Part shown: in pieces, positions 27,201 through 37,854 of the stretch | Position numbering within the stretch: position 1 is the first letter of the stretch | Layout: the number at the start of each line of letters is the position of its first letter | Assembly: GCF_031769215.1 (NCBI RefSeq) | Contig: NW_026782182.1 | Span: 310,001 to 374,000, forward strand | Length of the DNA stretch: 64,000 bases | Direction: 5' to 3' | Source: Ylistrum balloti | Lineage: Eukaryota | Position numbers and translations under genes: made by a program | Notes under the pieces: model-generated | Database searches by the model: none | What the model saw: the letters and a program-made list of their open reading frames with translations, nothing else | What the model was told of the DNA's origin: nothing

Positions 27201-30200
27201 ACTTTCAAAGATCCTTTTGTAGCTGTAGAGCCAGTATGACTCAAAACTGACATGGAACATTTCATTTTCTGTCATACATCTACATGTACATTGTATTAGC
27301 AATGAGTAATAGCTCATTTTTATTTCTTAGGTGATTCTAGAATTGTTCAAAATTTTTCATGATGGCTTGCTTCATCTTCCCTCTCCACAGACTAAGTGAA
27401 AAGAAAAATTCTTGTTTGATAAATCTCCTGCGAAATGGAAAACAGAGAGTGACTTTTCAAGATTTTGTGACATCTTGTATTCATTTGAGTTTTTATTAAA
27501 TCAACTCATTGTCTTCTGACTACATTTACAACATAAATAAGCTCTCAGTTTCTGTCTTGACTAGGAGCTGCACCAGGTGGTATGGCATTATCTCACCGCT
27601 TAATCTCCGTTGGATGAATTTGACTATGACATTGATATAATCTTTGTCTGCTTACAGATGGTGCAAGAATATGAAAGAGCTGTGATATTTAGGTTGGGAC
27701 GAATCAAGGCTGGCGGAGCGCAAGGGCCAGGTAAATTTGAACTTGTAGTCAAGAATATTTTGAAATTGCATACCAATTGGAAAAATGATGTCTTATCCTG
27801 GCAGTAGATTTACTACAAACATTATATAAAAGGACATATGTGACATAAAAATCTTCTTGGTAGTATGCTTGTAAGTATGTATTTATCTGACAGTAAGTGA
27901 TAAGCATAACCAGAAAAAGTGACCAGTATTTCTTTGTCCCACACCGACCACAAGGGTCCTGAATTTCTGTATTGTCCTTAGGGTTATGCATTATTTCTGT
28001 GTTGTCCCCAGGGTATGCACTATTTCTGTGTTGACCCCAGGGTATGCACTATTTCTGTGTTGTCCTCAGGGTATGCACTATTTCTGTGTTGTCCTCAGGG
28101 TATGCACTATTTCTGTGTTGTCCCCTGGGTATGCACTGTTTCTGTGTTGTCCCCAGGTTATGCACTATTTCTGTGTTGTCCCCTGGGTATGCACTGTTTC
28201 TGTGTTGTCCCCAGGGTATGCACTGTTTCTGTGTTGACCCCAGGGTATGCACTATTTCTGTGTTGTCCTCAGGGTATGCACTGTTTCTGTGTTGACCCCA
28301 GGGTATGCATTATTTCTGTGTTGTCCTCAGGGTATGCACTATTTCTGTGTTGTCCCCTGGGTATGCACTGTTTCTGTGTTGTCCCCAGGGTATGCACTAT
28401 TTCTGTGTTGTCCTCAGGGTATGCACTATTTCTGTGTTGTCCCCTGGGTATGCACTATTTCTGTAATGTCCCTGGGTATGTACTATTTCTGTGTTGTCCC
28501 CAGGGTATGTACTATTTCTGTGTTGTCCCCTGGGTGATATGTTTGTTGTCTTCAGGGTATGCACTATTTCTGTGTTGTCCCCAGGGTATTTCTGTGTTGT
28601 CCCCTGGGTATGCACTATTTCTGTGTTGTCCCCAGGGTATGTACTATTTCTGTGTTGTCCCCTGGGTGATATGTTTGTTGTCCACTGGGTGATATGTTTG
28701 TTGTCCCCTGGGTATGCACTATTTCTGTGTTGTCCCCTGGGTATGTCCTATTTCTGTGTTGTCCCCAGGGTATGCACTATTTCTGTGTTGTCCCCTGGGT
28801 GATATGTTTGTTGTCCCCTGGGTATGTACTATTTCTGTGATGTCCCCTGGGTGATATGTTTGTTGTCCCCTGGGTGATATGTTTGTTGTCCCCAGGGTGA
28901 TATGTTTGTTGTCCCCTGGGTGATATGTTTGTTGTCCCCAGGGTGATATGTTTGTTGTCCCCTGGGTGATATGTTTGTTGTCCCCTGGGTGATATGTTTG
29001 TTGTCCCCTGGGTGATATGTTTGTTGTCCCCTTGGTTAAAAGTGTGTTGTCCCCTGGGTGATATGTTTTGACCTGTTTAAGACAACTGATTATCTGAATT
29101 TTGTTGTATTTCAGGTATGTTTTTTGTCCTGCCCTGTATTGATGACATACAAAAGGTGGATTTGAGGACAAAGACATTCAACATCCCGCCACAGGAGGTA
29201 GATTTAGTTTGATCAGTTACATAAATCACTTATTCAATCAATGTTCCCTCACATATGATTCCAAATAACAGTGTTTATTTCTTTCCTCGTAGATCCTATC
29301 AAAGGACACAGTGACAGTGACAGTAGATGCTGTTATATACGCCTCTGTGTTTGACCCTGTCTTGTCTGTGTGTAATGTTACGAATGCCATGCAAGCGACA
29401 ACCCTCTTGTCAGCCACCACCCTGAGGAACGTACTGGGTACACACTCAATGGCTGAAATGTTACAAGAAAGGGAGTCCATTGCTACAACCATGCAGGTAT
29501 GTGTAATTATAACTGGCCTGGACAGTGACCAGTTACAAGTCTTGGAATATGTAACCTGAAGCATTCTTAGCAATCCATGAAAGATTTCTAATAAAACTAT
29601 TAACATGAAATTTAAGGATTTCTTCAATGGAAGGGAAAATACCTTGTGAAGATTCAATGGGTTTGGATAGATCCCTACCTCAGGCAGGTTCAAAATATAA
29701 CATCCTCCCCACCCCGTCCCCCTCTTTGACCCACTTGATATTTACCAGGATTCCTGACTTTCAAGTGTTGTCCTACTGAAAATAAAGCTTATCATTTGCA
29801 CCCTTCCATTACAAAACTTTTAATCAGGGAAATATTTCTGAACCAAAACCGATTCAGATCAAATTTTCTCAGATTTTACCATGGATTATGATATAGATAT
29901 ACTGATTGTGGACTAGGGATCATAGATGTGACTCCCCTTGATCGCAGAATGACTGTCTGGGTTGTCTTAAGGAAATTTAATATTATTCCTGAGCTTGGTT
30001 CTTTAGAAAAAGTTTAGGTTCTTTAAACAAACTATTATTTATGCTCTGTTCTATTGGTAAAAGTGATTGATATTACTTGTTATTGATTCATTGATTTCAT
30101 TCTTTTACATTTTTAGAGCTTGTTAGACGAAGCAACAAACCAGTGGGGAATCCGAGTTGAACGTGTGGAAATGTAAGTGGCAAATTTTAATTGAAGTAAT

Positions 30201-31173
30201 TTCATATGTGATCGTTACCCTTGATTTTTATTTGGAAATAGTGAAGTAATAGTATTGAAACAAGCTCTCCTGCTGTAAATTAGTCACTATTATTTTTTCT
30301 CCATCATTCTATCTTGTTGGTGTTGTGATATCACACTGATATCCTCGTGAAAACGTGAAATCTGTGATGAAATTTTTTTTCTGCTGTATTTAGAAAAGAC
30401 GTACGATTGCCCAACATGTTGCAGCGTGCTATGGCTGCGGAGGCTGAGGCAGCCAGAGATGCTAAAGCCAAGGTAATAAGCTTGTTATTTCTTTACTGGT
30501 TGGTGTCCTCAATATTTTTACTGGATGCTCTCTTGTAATTCATGTATCTAAAATCTCATACTGCAAGGTTAAGACAAAATTGAAGCATTAATATTTTCTG
30601 AATCTTGTCAACAAATGATATTTTATAGAGTCAGAAAGTTGGTACTGTTTATGAATAACATCAGCATAGAAAAATTGTTACAAAAATTTCAATATTGTTA
30701 AGATTTTAAAAGAAGTATAGGATGGTTTTGATCAAGAATTTCAATTGTTATGCAATGATCCTAAGGTAAAGTCTCTGTTAAATTTGACACTGCCCTGATT
30801 TGTACAAACCAAACACAATATTATATAGTTGGATCTGTCAACTGGGACTGACTTCCACCTTTTATGGTGTTACAAAGCTGTAGTTTTTTAGGTGTCAGCA
30901 CGATAATTTTTGGTATCAGAACAAGATACTGTATCTATTATAACAAAGAAATACATTCTTATCACACAGGTATTGGCTGCTGAAGGTGAACAGATGGCCT
31001 CTCGTGCCCTCAAGGAAGCTGCTGACATCATTTCTTCATCACCCACTGCCCTCCAGCTCCGCTACTTACAGACTCTTAGCACAGTAGCTGCAGAAAGAGA
31101 GTCTACCATCTTGTTCCCAATCCCAATAGATTTGATGAAAGGAATGGGAAAAGGTGGTGCAGTCCGCATGTGA
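15255..31173 (+). CDS. STOM: Stomatin / band-7 (SPFH) family protein, MEC-2/podocin-like, 9 coding exons, 1017 nt, 338 aa
   Basis: Spliced translation gives GCCGCIL-hydrophobic hairpin with conserved Pro (IFLPFSL), VQEYERAVIFRLGRI, GPGMFFVLPCID, VDLRT..F.IPPQEILSKD, TTLRNVLGT, WGIRVERVEIKDVRLP, LQRAMAAEAEAAR, AAEGE..ASRALKEAA, ALQLRYLQTL, STILFPIPID. All introns are GT-AG and phases close. The symbol is family-level; exact orthology is not established. Confidence 0.95.
15860..17592. repeat. About 47-48-bp purine/pyrimidine-skewed minisatellite (CTCCCTCCCCATCAATAAGATCTTCCACCATCCTGTCTATAATATAA) in stomatin intron 1
   Basis: Tandem units with a variable C-run; degenerate copies at both ends. 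Confidence 0.93.
18128..18311. repeat. 57-bp tandem repeat, about 3 copies (intron 1)
   Basis: GTTACATTCC at 18186 and 18243. Confidence 0.85.
19960..20118 (+). CDS. Stomatin-like gene exon 2 (159 nt, phase 1-1, P/Q/T/S-rich N-terminal segment)
   Basis: TTCAG| acceptor, A|GTAAGA donor, open frame DERILVDNN...KPFDE joining exon 3 in frame. Confidence 0.7.
20219..20915 (+). mobile_element. Degenerate non-autonomous Helentron/HINE (pearl/DINE-like) element in intron 2
   Basis: 5' hairpin GCCCACCATC-TGAT-GATGG followed by a GTCC/GTCT microsatellite-like tract; three internal ~155-bp repeats (GGGA.TGATCAGA...ATGG...CCAT.TTGGATT at about 20396, 20549, 20706); 3' imperfect hairpin GATCTCTCTGGGATC then TCGTT. 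Confidence 0.6.
22265..23750. repeat. 31-bp minisatellite (GAGAGAAACAAACCTGACTGAGTTTGATGTT), about 47 copies (intron 2)
   Basis: Tandem unit read directly; source of the minus-strand MFLSTSNSVR ORFs. Confidence 0.95.
24157..24360. repeat. 34-bp tandem repeat (ATATCTCAACTCTTAACAGCTAACCAGTTCACTG), about 6 copies
   Basis: Period 34 (24195 to 24229). Confidence 0.9.
25478..25690. repeat. About 16-bp quasi-palindromic repeat (TATGGGATACCCCTTC)
   Basis: About 13 degenerate copies, each with GGGATAYCC(C). Confidence 0.85.
25741..25871 (+). CDS. Stomatin-like gene exon 3 (Cys cluster plus membrane hairpin)
   Basis: TTTACAG| ... AGC|GTGAGT; SKQRNTYAYNEEEASLGCCGCILWGFSIFLFVIFLPFSLCICMS. Confidence 0.93.
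25957..26355. repeat. About 57-bp tandem repeat (CTGTGTAGTCTCAAAAAACAGCTGACATTTATACCTTAACATAACAAATTCTGACA), about 7 copies (intron 3)
   Basis: Seen directly; A-run length varies. Confidence 0.9.
27658..27730 (+). CDS. Stomatin-like gene exon 4 (73 nt)
   Basis: TTACAG| MVQEYERAVIFRLGRIKAGGAQGP G|GTAAAT. Confidence 0.97.
27959..29066. repeat. 29-bp minisatellite (CAGGGTATGCACTATTTCTGTGTTGTCCC) grading into a related 24-bp unit (CTGGGTGATATGTTTGTTGTCCCC) in intron 4
   Basis: Both units read directly; they interleave at about 28520-28850. Confidence 0.93.
29115..29197 (+). CDS. Stomatin-like gene exon 5 (83 nt)
   Basis: TTTCAG| GMFFVLPCIDDIQKVDLRTKTFNIPPQE |GTAGAT. Confidence 0.97.
29293..29496 (+). 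CDS. Stomatin-like gene exon 6 (204 nt)
   Basis: CGTAG| ILSKDTVTVTVDAVIY...TTLRNVLGT...IATTMQ |GTATGT. Confidence 0.97.
30117..30172 (+). CDS. Stomatin-like gene exon 7 (56 nt)
   Basis: TTTTAG| SLLDEATNQWGIRVERVE AT|GTAAGT. Confidence 0.97.
30394..30472 (+). CDS. Stomatin-like gene exon 8 (79 nt)
   Basis: TTTAG| (I)KDVRLPNMLQRAMAAEAEAARDAKAK |GTAATA. Confidence 0.97.
30970..31173 (+). CDS. Stomatin-like gene exon 9 (terminal, 204 nt including TGA)
   Basis: ACACAG| VLAAEGEQMASRALKEAA...ALQLRYLQTL...FPIPIDLMKGMGKGGAVRM*. Confidence 0.97.
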   Translation, partial: VLAAEGEQMASRALKEAADIISSSPTALQLRYLQTLSTVAAERESTILFPIPIDLMKGMGKGGAVRM

Positions 31174-31417
31174 TCAAATCATTGTACTCAGAGAGTGGTT
31201 TTTAAATAACAAAACATTTAATTCTAATTCATGTAAATATAGGCTGTAACTTTCTGCAATACACTGTATCTTACCGAGATATTTAAGTAAGTTGGTGCAT
31301 AATAGCGAAATGCTGTTAGAAAATTGAAAGATAGCAGGATTGCAGTGTCTTCAGATAAAGGGCAATAGCTTCTGAAATTGAGAGAAAAGTGTTTTGTTTA
31401 ATTAAATGGAAAAAAAC

Positions 31418-31423
31418 AATAAA
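31418..31423 (+). promoter_or_regulatory. Candidate polyadenylation signal of the stomatin-like gene (a second AATAAA lies at 32191..32196)
   Basis: AATAAA 245 nt after the stop, followed by a T/GT-rich tract (CTTTTTTGTGTG). Confidence 0.4.
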
Positions 31424-32241
31424 TGACAAACTTTTTTGTGTGATCACCACTATTCCACCAGTGACCTTTTGACCTTGATCCCCATACCATTTGTACTTCA
31501 ATCAATCAGCAGTGCCTCTTGCTCATTACAAAAGCCTTACAGAAGAGAGCATCAGCTGAAGAGTATTTGTAACATACAAGATTCCTTTTGTCACTGTGTG
31601 ATGTATAGATGTATATAAACTAACACCATGTTAATTTGACTATTAAATAGGTGTATGATATGTAGATAACATTTGTAATATCTTCAGTATCATTCCACAT
31701 TATTTGTATTGTTTGTTTAGTGGATAAGTATGAACTATGTATATTTTTGTAAACACATTGTAAAATACATTTGATAAAATTCATACATTGAATAAGTGTT
31801 ACTTAGTCTAGAACAATTCTATTTCGCATTGACTTTCAAATGAAAGTAAATGAATTTATTTGTAACACTGGTGAGAAAGAAGCAGTTTCTAGACTTTTCT
31901 CTTTGGCTCAGTCAGCAAAACAGTCGATCTTTTGTTTCAATCTCTGGCGGAGGTTTTGAAAAAACCAGGGACTTTGTTTTTTGCTTTTCATATGTTGAAT
32001 TTCATTTTGTATTATGTGAACATGACATGTTCTTACATACCAGGTAAAAACTCCAAAATAATTTAGTTTTAGTTTCCATCAAAATTTGATATTATTCTGA
32101 CACCTTTCACCGAGATAAGGTTATTTTCTTGGTAAGGATTTACTGTGATACCTTTTTTACTCTTCACTGTGTAGTAGTATTCAATGTAGAAATAAAACAA
32201 ATTAAAACCAGGTGTTGATGACTTGTTTTATATCACGGAAA

Positions 32242-34106
32242 ACAAAAACTTCACGACATGTTAGTGCTACAAAAACTTCATGACATGTTGGTGCTACAAA
32301 AACTTCATGACATGTTAGTACTACAAAAACTTCATGACATGTTAGTGCTACAAAAACTTCATGACATGTTGGTGCTACAAAAACTTCATGACATGTTGGT
32401 ACTACAAAAACTTCATGACATGTTAGTGCTACAAAAGCTTCATGACATGTTGGTGCTACAAAAACTTCATGACAAGTTAGTACTACAAAACCTTCATGAC
32501 ATGTTGGTGCTACAAAAACTTCTTGACATGTTGGTGCTACAAAAACTTCATGACATGTTGGTACTACAAAAATTTCATGACATGTTGGTGCTACAAAAAC
32601 TTCATGACATGTTAGTACTACAAAAACTTCATGACATGTTGGTACTACAAAAACTTCATGACATGTTAGTGCTACAAAAACTTCATGACATGTTGGTGCT
32701 ACAAAAACTTCATGACATGTTGGTGCTACAAAAACTTCATGACATGTTGGTGCTACAAAAACATCATGACATGTTGGTGCTACAAAAACTTCATGACATG
32801 TTGGTGCTACAAAAACTTCGTGACATGTTAGTTCTACAAAAACATCGTGACATGTTAGTACTACAAAAACTTCGTGACATGTTAGTACTACAAAAACTTC
32901 ACGACATGTTAGTACTACAAAAACTTCATGACATGTTGGTACTACAAAAACTTCATGACATGTTAGTGCTACAAAAACTTCATGACATGTTGGTGCTACA
33001 AAAACTTCATGACATGTTAGTGCTACAAAAACTTCGTGACATGTTAGTTCTACAAAAACTTCATGACATGTTGGTGCTACAAAAACTTCGTGACATGTTA
33101 GTTCTACAAAAACATCGTGACATGTTAGTACTACAAAAACTTCGTGACATGTTAGTACTACAAAAACTTCATGACATGTTGGTGCTACAAAAACTTCATG
33201 ACATGTTGGTGCTACAAAAACTTCATGACATGTTGGTGCTACAAAAACATCATGACATGTTGGTGCTACAAAAACTTCATGACATGTTGGTGCTACAAAA
33301 ACTTCGTGACATGTTAGTTCTACAAAAACATCGTGACATGTTAGTACTACAAAAACTTCGTGACATGTTAGTACTACAAAAACTTCGTGACATGTTAGTA
33401 CTACAAAAACTTCACGACATGTTAGTACTACAAAAACTTCATGACATGTTGGTACTACAAAAACTTCATGACATGTTAGTGCTACAAAAACTTCATGACA
33501 TGTTGGTGCTACAAAAACTTCATGACATGTTAGTGCTACAAAAACTTCGTGACATGTTAGTTCTACAAAAACTTCATGACATGTTGGTGCTACAAAAACT
33601 TCGTGACATGTTAGTTCTACAAAAACATCGTGACATGTTAGTACTACAAAAACTTCGTGACATGTTAGTACTACAAAAACTTCGTGACATGTTAGTACTA
33701 CAAAAACTTCACGACATGTTAGTACTACAAAAACTTCATGACATGTTGGTACTACAAAAACTTCACGACATGTTAGTGCTACAAAAACTTCATGACATGT
33801 TGGTGCTACAAAAACTTCATGACATGTTAGTGCTACAAAAACTTCGTGACATGTTAGTTCTACAAAAACTTCATGACATGTTAGTGCTACAAAAACTTCG
33901 TGACATGTTAGTTCTACAAAAACTTCATGACATGTTAGTGCTACAAAAACTTCATGACATGTTAGTACTACAAAAACTTCGTGACATGTTAGTTCTACAA
34001 AAACTTCATGACATGTTAGTGCTACAAAAACTTCATGACATGTTAGTACTACAAAAACTTCGTGACATGTTAGTACTACAAAAACTTCATGACATGTTGG
34101 TGCTAC
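32242..34106. repeat. 27-bp minisatellite (ATGTTAGTGCTACAAAAACTTCATGAC), about 69 copies, no indels seen
   Basis: The uninterrupted MLVLQKLHD repeat ORF 32258..34144 confirms constant unit length. Confidence 0.97.
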
Positions 34107-34680
34107 GTTTCTTCCTTATCAATAAGACAATCAGTACTTCATGAATGACAGCTAACTGACACAGAAGGTCGAGATCAGTAATAGAAATGGACACAAGATT
34201 GTGAAGTATCAAAAACCAACATTAAATACAATAAGCAGTGCTAAAACAGTAGTCCAAGGGAGATAATTCTTGTTGAAATGGCAAAATATGACCGTCTGAG
34301 TCGATTTCATTCAACTTCGTTTCAAAGGGATGTATTTATGACAAAAATAAAAGACACGGCTTTTTCTGATGAAGGAATACTAATTCATTTTGACATAAAT
34401 GATAGGTAGATCAAGGAAATTCAGTATTGACTGAGGTAACTCTGTAGCACCAATCCTTATCCACATCCATATCTGTCCAGTTTCGTACAGAAGCCTCCAG
34501 CTTGTTACAAAGCAATCTCAAGTGTAAAATTGTTACCTAAAACTTGTAGACTTTTAAAACAATTGACAGAGAAAGACTGGCATATTCCAGTGAGAAACGT
34601 CTCCGGGGAAAAGAAATGTCTTATTTGTGAATTTATAGGAAAGTTTCGGTCAATGTGGCCACAAATAGGGATCATCATAC

Positions 34681-34960
34681 TGTATCGCGAGGAACTGATA
34701 TCTATTATCGCTGACCGCAATGATCATGTAACTGTATCACGTGATACTGACGTCTAGTATCGCTGACCACAATGATCATGTGACTGTATCACGTGAGACT
34801 GACGTCTAATATCGCTGACCACAATGATCATGTGACTGTATCACGTGATAGTGATATCTAGTATCGCTGACCACAATGATCATGTGACTGTATCACGTGA
34901 TAGTGATATCTAGTATCGCTGACCACAATGATCATGTTACTGTATCACGTGATACTGATG
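34681..34960. repeat. 52-bp tandem repeat, about 5 copies, carrying ATCACGTGAT and TGACGTC palindromes
   Basis: TATCGCTGACC at 34706, 34758, 34810. Confidence 0.9.
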
Positions 34961-35176
34961 TGCCTAAAAAGAGGTGAAAATAAATATTATCTGACCAAAG
35001 AATTAGTTTAAAACAATCTCACCGTTTTGTTGTCTAATTTTCATTATTTCATAAACTTATTCGACTTTTTTACATATTTATCATTTGCGACTTTCGAGTA
35101 CAATTTATATATATGTATTATCAGCTTTAAAAATAATGAGGATTCAACAATGAAACGATTTCAAATCGAGACTGAG

Positions 35177-35229
35177 TATATTGACAAGAATCCGCCAAGA
35201 ACAGTTCTTGGCGGATTCTTGTCAATATA
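35177..35229. repeat. Perfect 26-bp inverted repeat with a 1-nt spacer
   Basis: TATATTGACAAGAATCCGCCAAGAAC-A-GTTCTTGGCGGATTCTTGTCAATATA. Confidence 0.95.
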
Positions 35230-37071
35230 GCTAGTTACTGGCTGTGTTATATCGTATGGGGCTACTTACCCTGAATCAAAAACATTGATACACAATACAA
35301 ATCATTAAAACACGTGGCGGAATTACTGTACTGAGCAGGCGTGTGTTTTACACAATTTTGTCACGATATGCTGTTTCTAAATCAACGTGTATTAAACCTG
35401 TGATGGCAATAATTTGTTTCTCTGTTTAAACTATTTAACATATGAGGGTTAGCGACTGGCCGAAATTACAGCAATCCGGTAGACTGCTGGAAATAAGAGG
35501 GCTACTCGACACGCTGAAATTCGAGTCGAGCTTTATTGCAAAAATGATGAATTAATAATGAACATGAAATTGATAGTATTTATTGATATTATTGTATTCA
35601 AAATAAGTCTCATCCTGATATATCAGAGTTACTTCCCTTCATTTAACTGCGCCATTGCATTTTTAATTAAGGAAGAGTTGCTTCCCTTACAACATTATGT
35701 ACCACTATTGCTTAGAGCCTAAATATTCCAATTTAAGAAGCACCTGACAAGAATCCAAAGCGACGGAAAGAAATCTCATAATCTAGATGGGGAGGTGCAT
35801 TAGTCACATGATTCAATATAGGACCTTTTTTCGGGAACAAAGGAATTATCTACACACGAACCATATAAACTTTGCTGAGTGTTAACTCTAGCAGCTTGAG
35901 GGAAAACCATGTGTTTAAACATTCCAAAAAGCCACCAAGACCTGTGAATGTTAAGTGCCGGGAATCATGGACGTACGACAGGGTTCACAATTTTATCCAA
36001 GAAGCCATAACAACTAGTGAAATATATGAAATTATCTTATTTTTGAAAAAGTAGGAATTACTGAAAATTATGATCGCGAACAGGTATGAAATATATTGCA
36101 AAATAAAAGACTCAAACTCGAACATAGTCATATGGCCGTTTAAATTTTAGAAACATACCTTTCTGAATTCTGACCTTCAAATGACAATTTTACTGGTTCT
36201 CAAATTTTTTTTAAATTTCACCACAGGCTCTTTACGTAATACGCCCATTAATATATAAATAATGGTGTACGATAACCGGAAGTAGGAGCACTGCTGCCAT
36301 TTAAAATTGTCATATCTAAAAATGAGCCTTACATTTCAACACTATTCGTGTTTAAAAATTTATTAACTTTATTAAGCGATAGGCCGTAATTTCGGACGTA
36401 AAAGCCGTTAAATAAATATATAAATAAATAAAGGCTGTTCAAAATTAATTCACTTTGGTAAAAAAGTATATGTCTTATAATTAATTAAAAAAAATTATAC
36501 AGCCAACCTCGATACACCAGCATTCTCGGCCCCTTCGGCTGATACACCAGCATTCTCGGCCCCTTCGGCTGTCAAGCTTATCGCTATACCATCTTCCATG
36601 TTCCAGGGGTGCAGAGAACGAAAGTGATTGTAACTCCTTGAGTATCGAGGATGCCATGGAACCTGTCATTGTAAAATTGAAGTATTTTGATTGGTTCCGG
36701 GAGAAAAAAAGCTGACCAATTACAGGCTGATACGCTCCCTTTGAAGATTACAATGATGGCAGTTAATTCAAAGGGGTAGTGTTTGAGATTAACACATTAT
36801 TGTATCTCTGTTTTCCTGTCTGTCTGCCTGTGGCAGACATTTCAGTGACATACCACTTTTCCTACGAGATCGTCGCACCATGACAGTTACGGGGACATAA
36901 GAAATATCATAACTTCTGATTGCTCCTTAAACATTCCATTCTTCTTTCGATAAATCGTAACACACCTTTGTCGGTTTTAGAACTTCCTTAAGTGGAGGTT
37001 GAGGTGGTGGTGATGTGTGTGGAGGGGTTACTATCTTAATCAGTCATTTGCTTGTTTTCATAAGTTGTTAT

Positions 37072-37072
<1 letters not shown>

Positions 37073-37116
<44 letters not shown>

Positions 37117-37142
37117 CATCCATATCCATCCATCTATCTATC
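37073..37142. repeat. (TATC)n/(CATC)n microsatellite
   Basis: Seen directly. Confidence 0.95.
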
Positions 37143-37854
37143 TGTTATGAATCGCCGATAATATGTCGCCTTTTGCAAATTAGTGTGAGAAGGTGACGTG
37201 AAGATAATTTCATAATTGTCCTCCATTATGAGGCAGATAACTACAAGAGGGTAGCGTATAGAAGGAACGTTATAATTACAAGTGTCAATAGTTGTCTGTG
37301 TGAAGAATTAGATATGACTTCTTATCACCTTTCGCTCGATTGACCTCTGGGAATCTTATAACACAGCGAGGAAATACAATTATCTCTTCCTAATCACTGG
37401 ACGGTCACGCCGGTGTCAACACTCCCCATATTTAGCACGTACAGATTCTGACGACTTTACGAAATCAGAATCGTTGATAGCATATTGGTTATTGTGATGT
37501 CCCGACACTAATCCTGGCTGATTCTTGCTGGAAATCGTCTGCGTTAGTATTTGAGGAAGGTCTTTGTGACATGATACTTCCAATTACAAACAGGAAGGCA
37601 ACTATCGTGTGTTGATTGTAATATAGTATAATCATGGATAAAGACGATATTGTTTGACAGTACATCAGCAATTTACTTAAAGGAGTTCAGCAGATATGTA
37701 ACTGACTTCTAAAAGAAATTTACAAACTATTGCTGCATTCTTTTTTTAATGCGTAACTAATCTAATATGTAGTCTACCAGAGGTTTAGAATTCATTGGGT
37801 GAGAACACCAGTTTTCTAAACCAAAGCCGATTAGTACCATTAGAAAAGTGAAAC

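Noticed and set aside
27986-29177. Cys-rich ORFs (MHYFCVVPRVC...)
   Set aside because: 29/24-bp repeat translations inside intron 4
32242-34106. p53 response-element array (GACATGTT cores)
   Set aside because: Half-sites mismatch the RRRCWWGYYY flanks and are not properly paired
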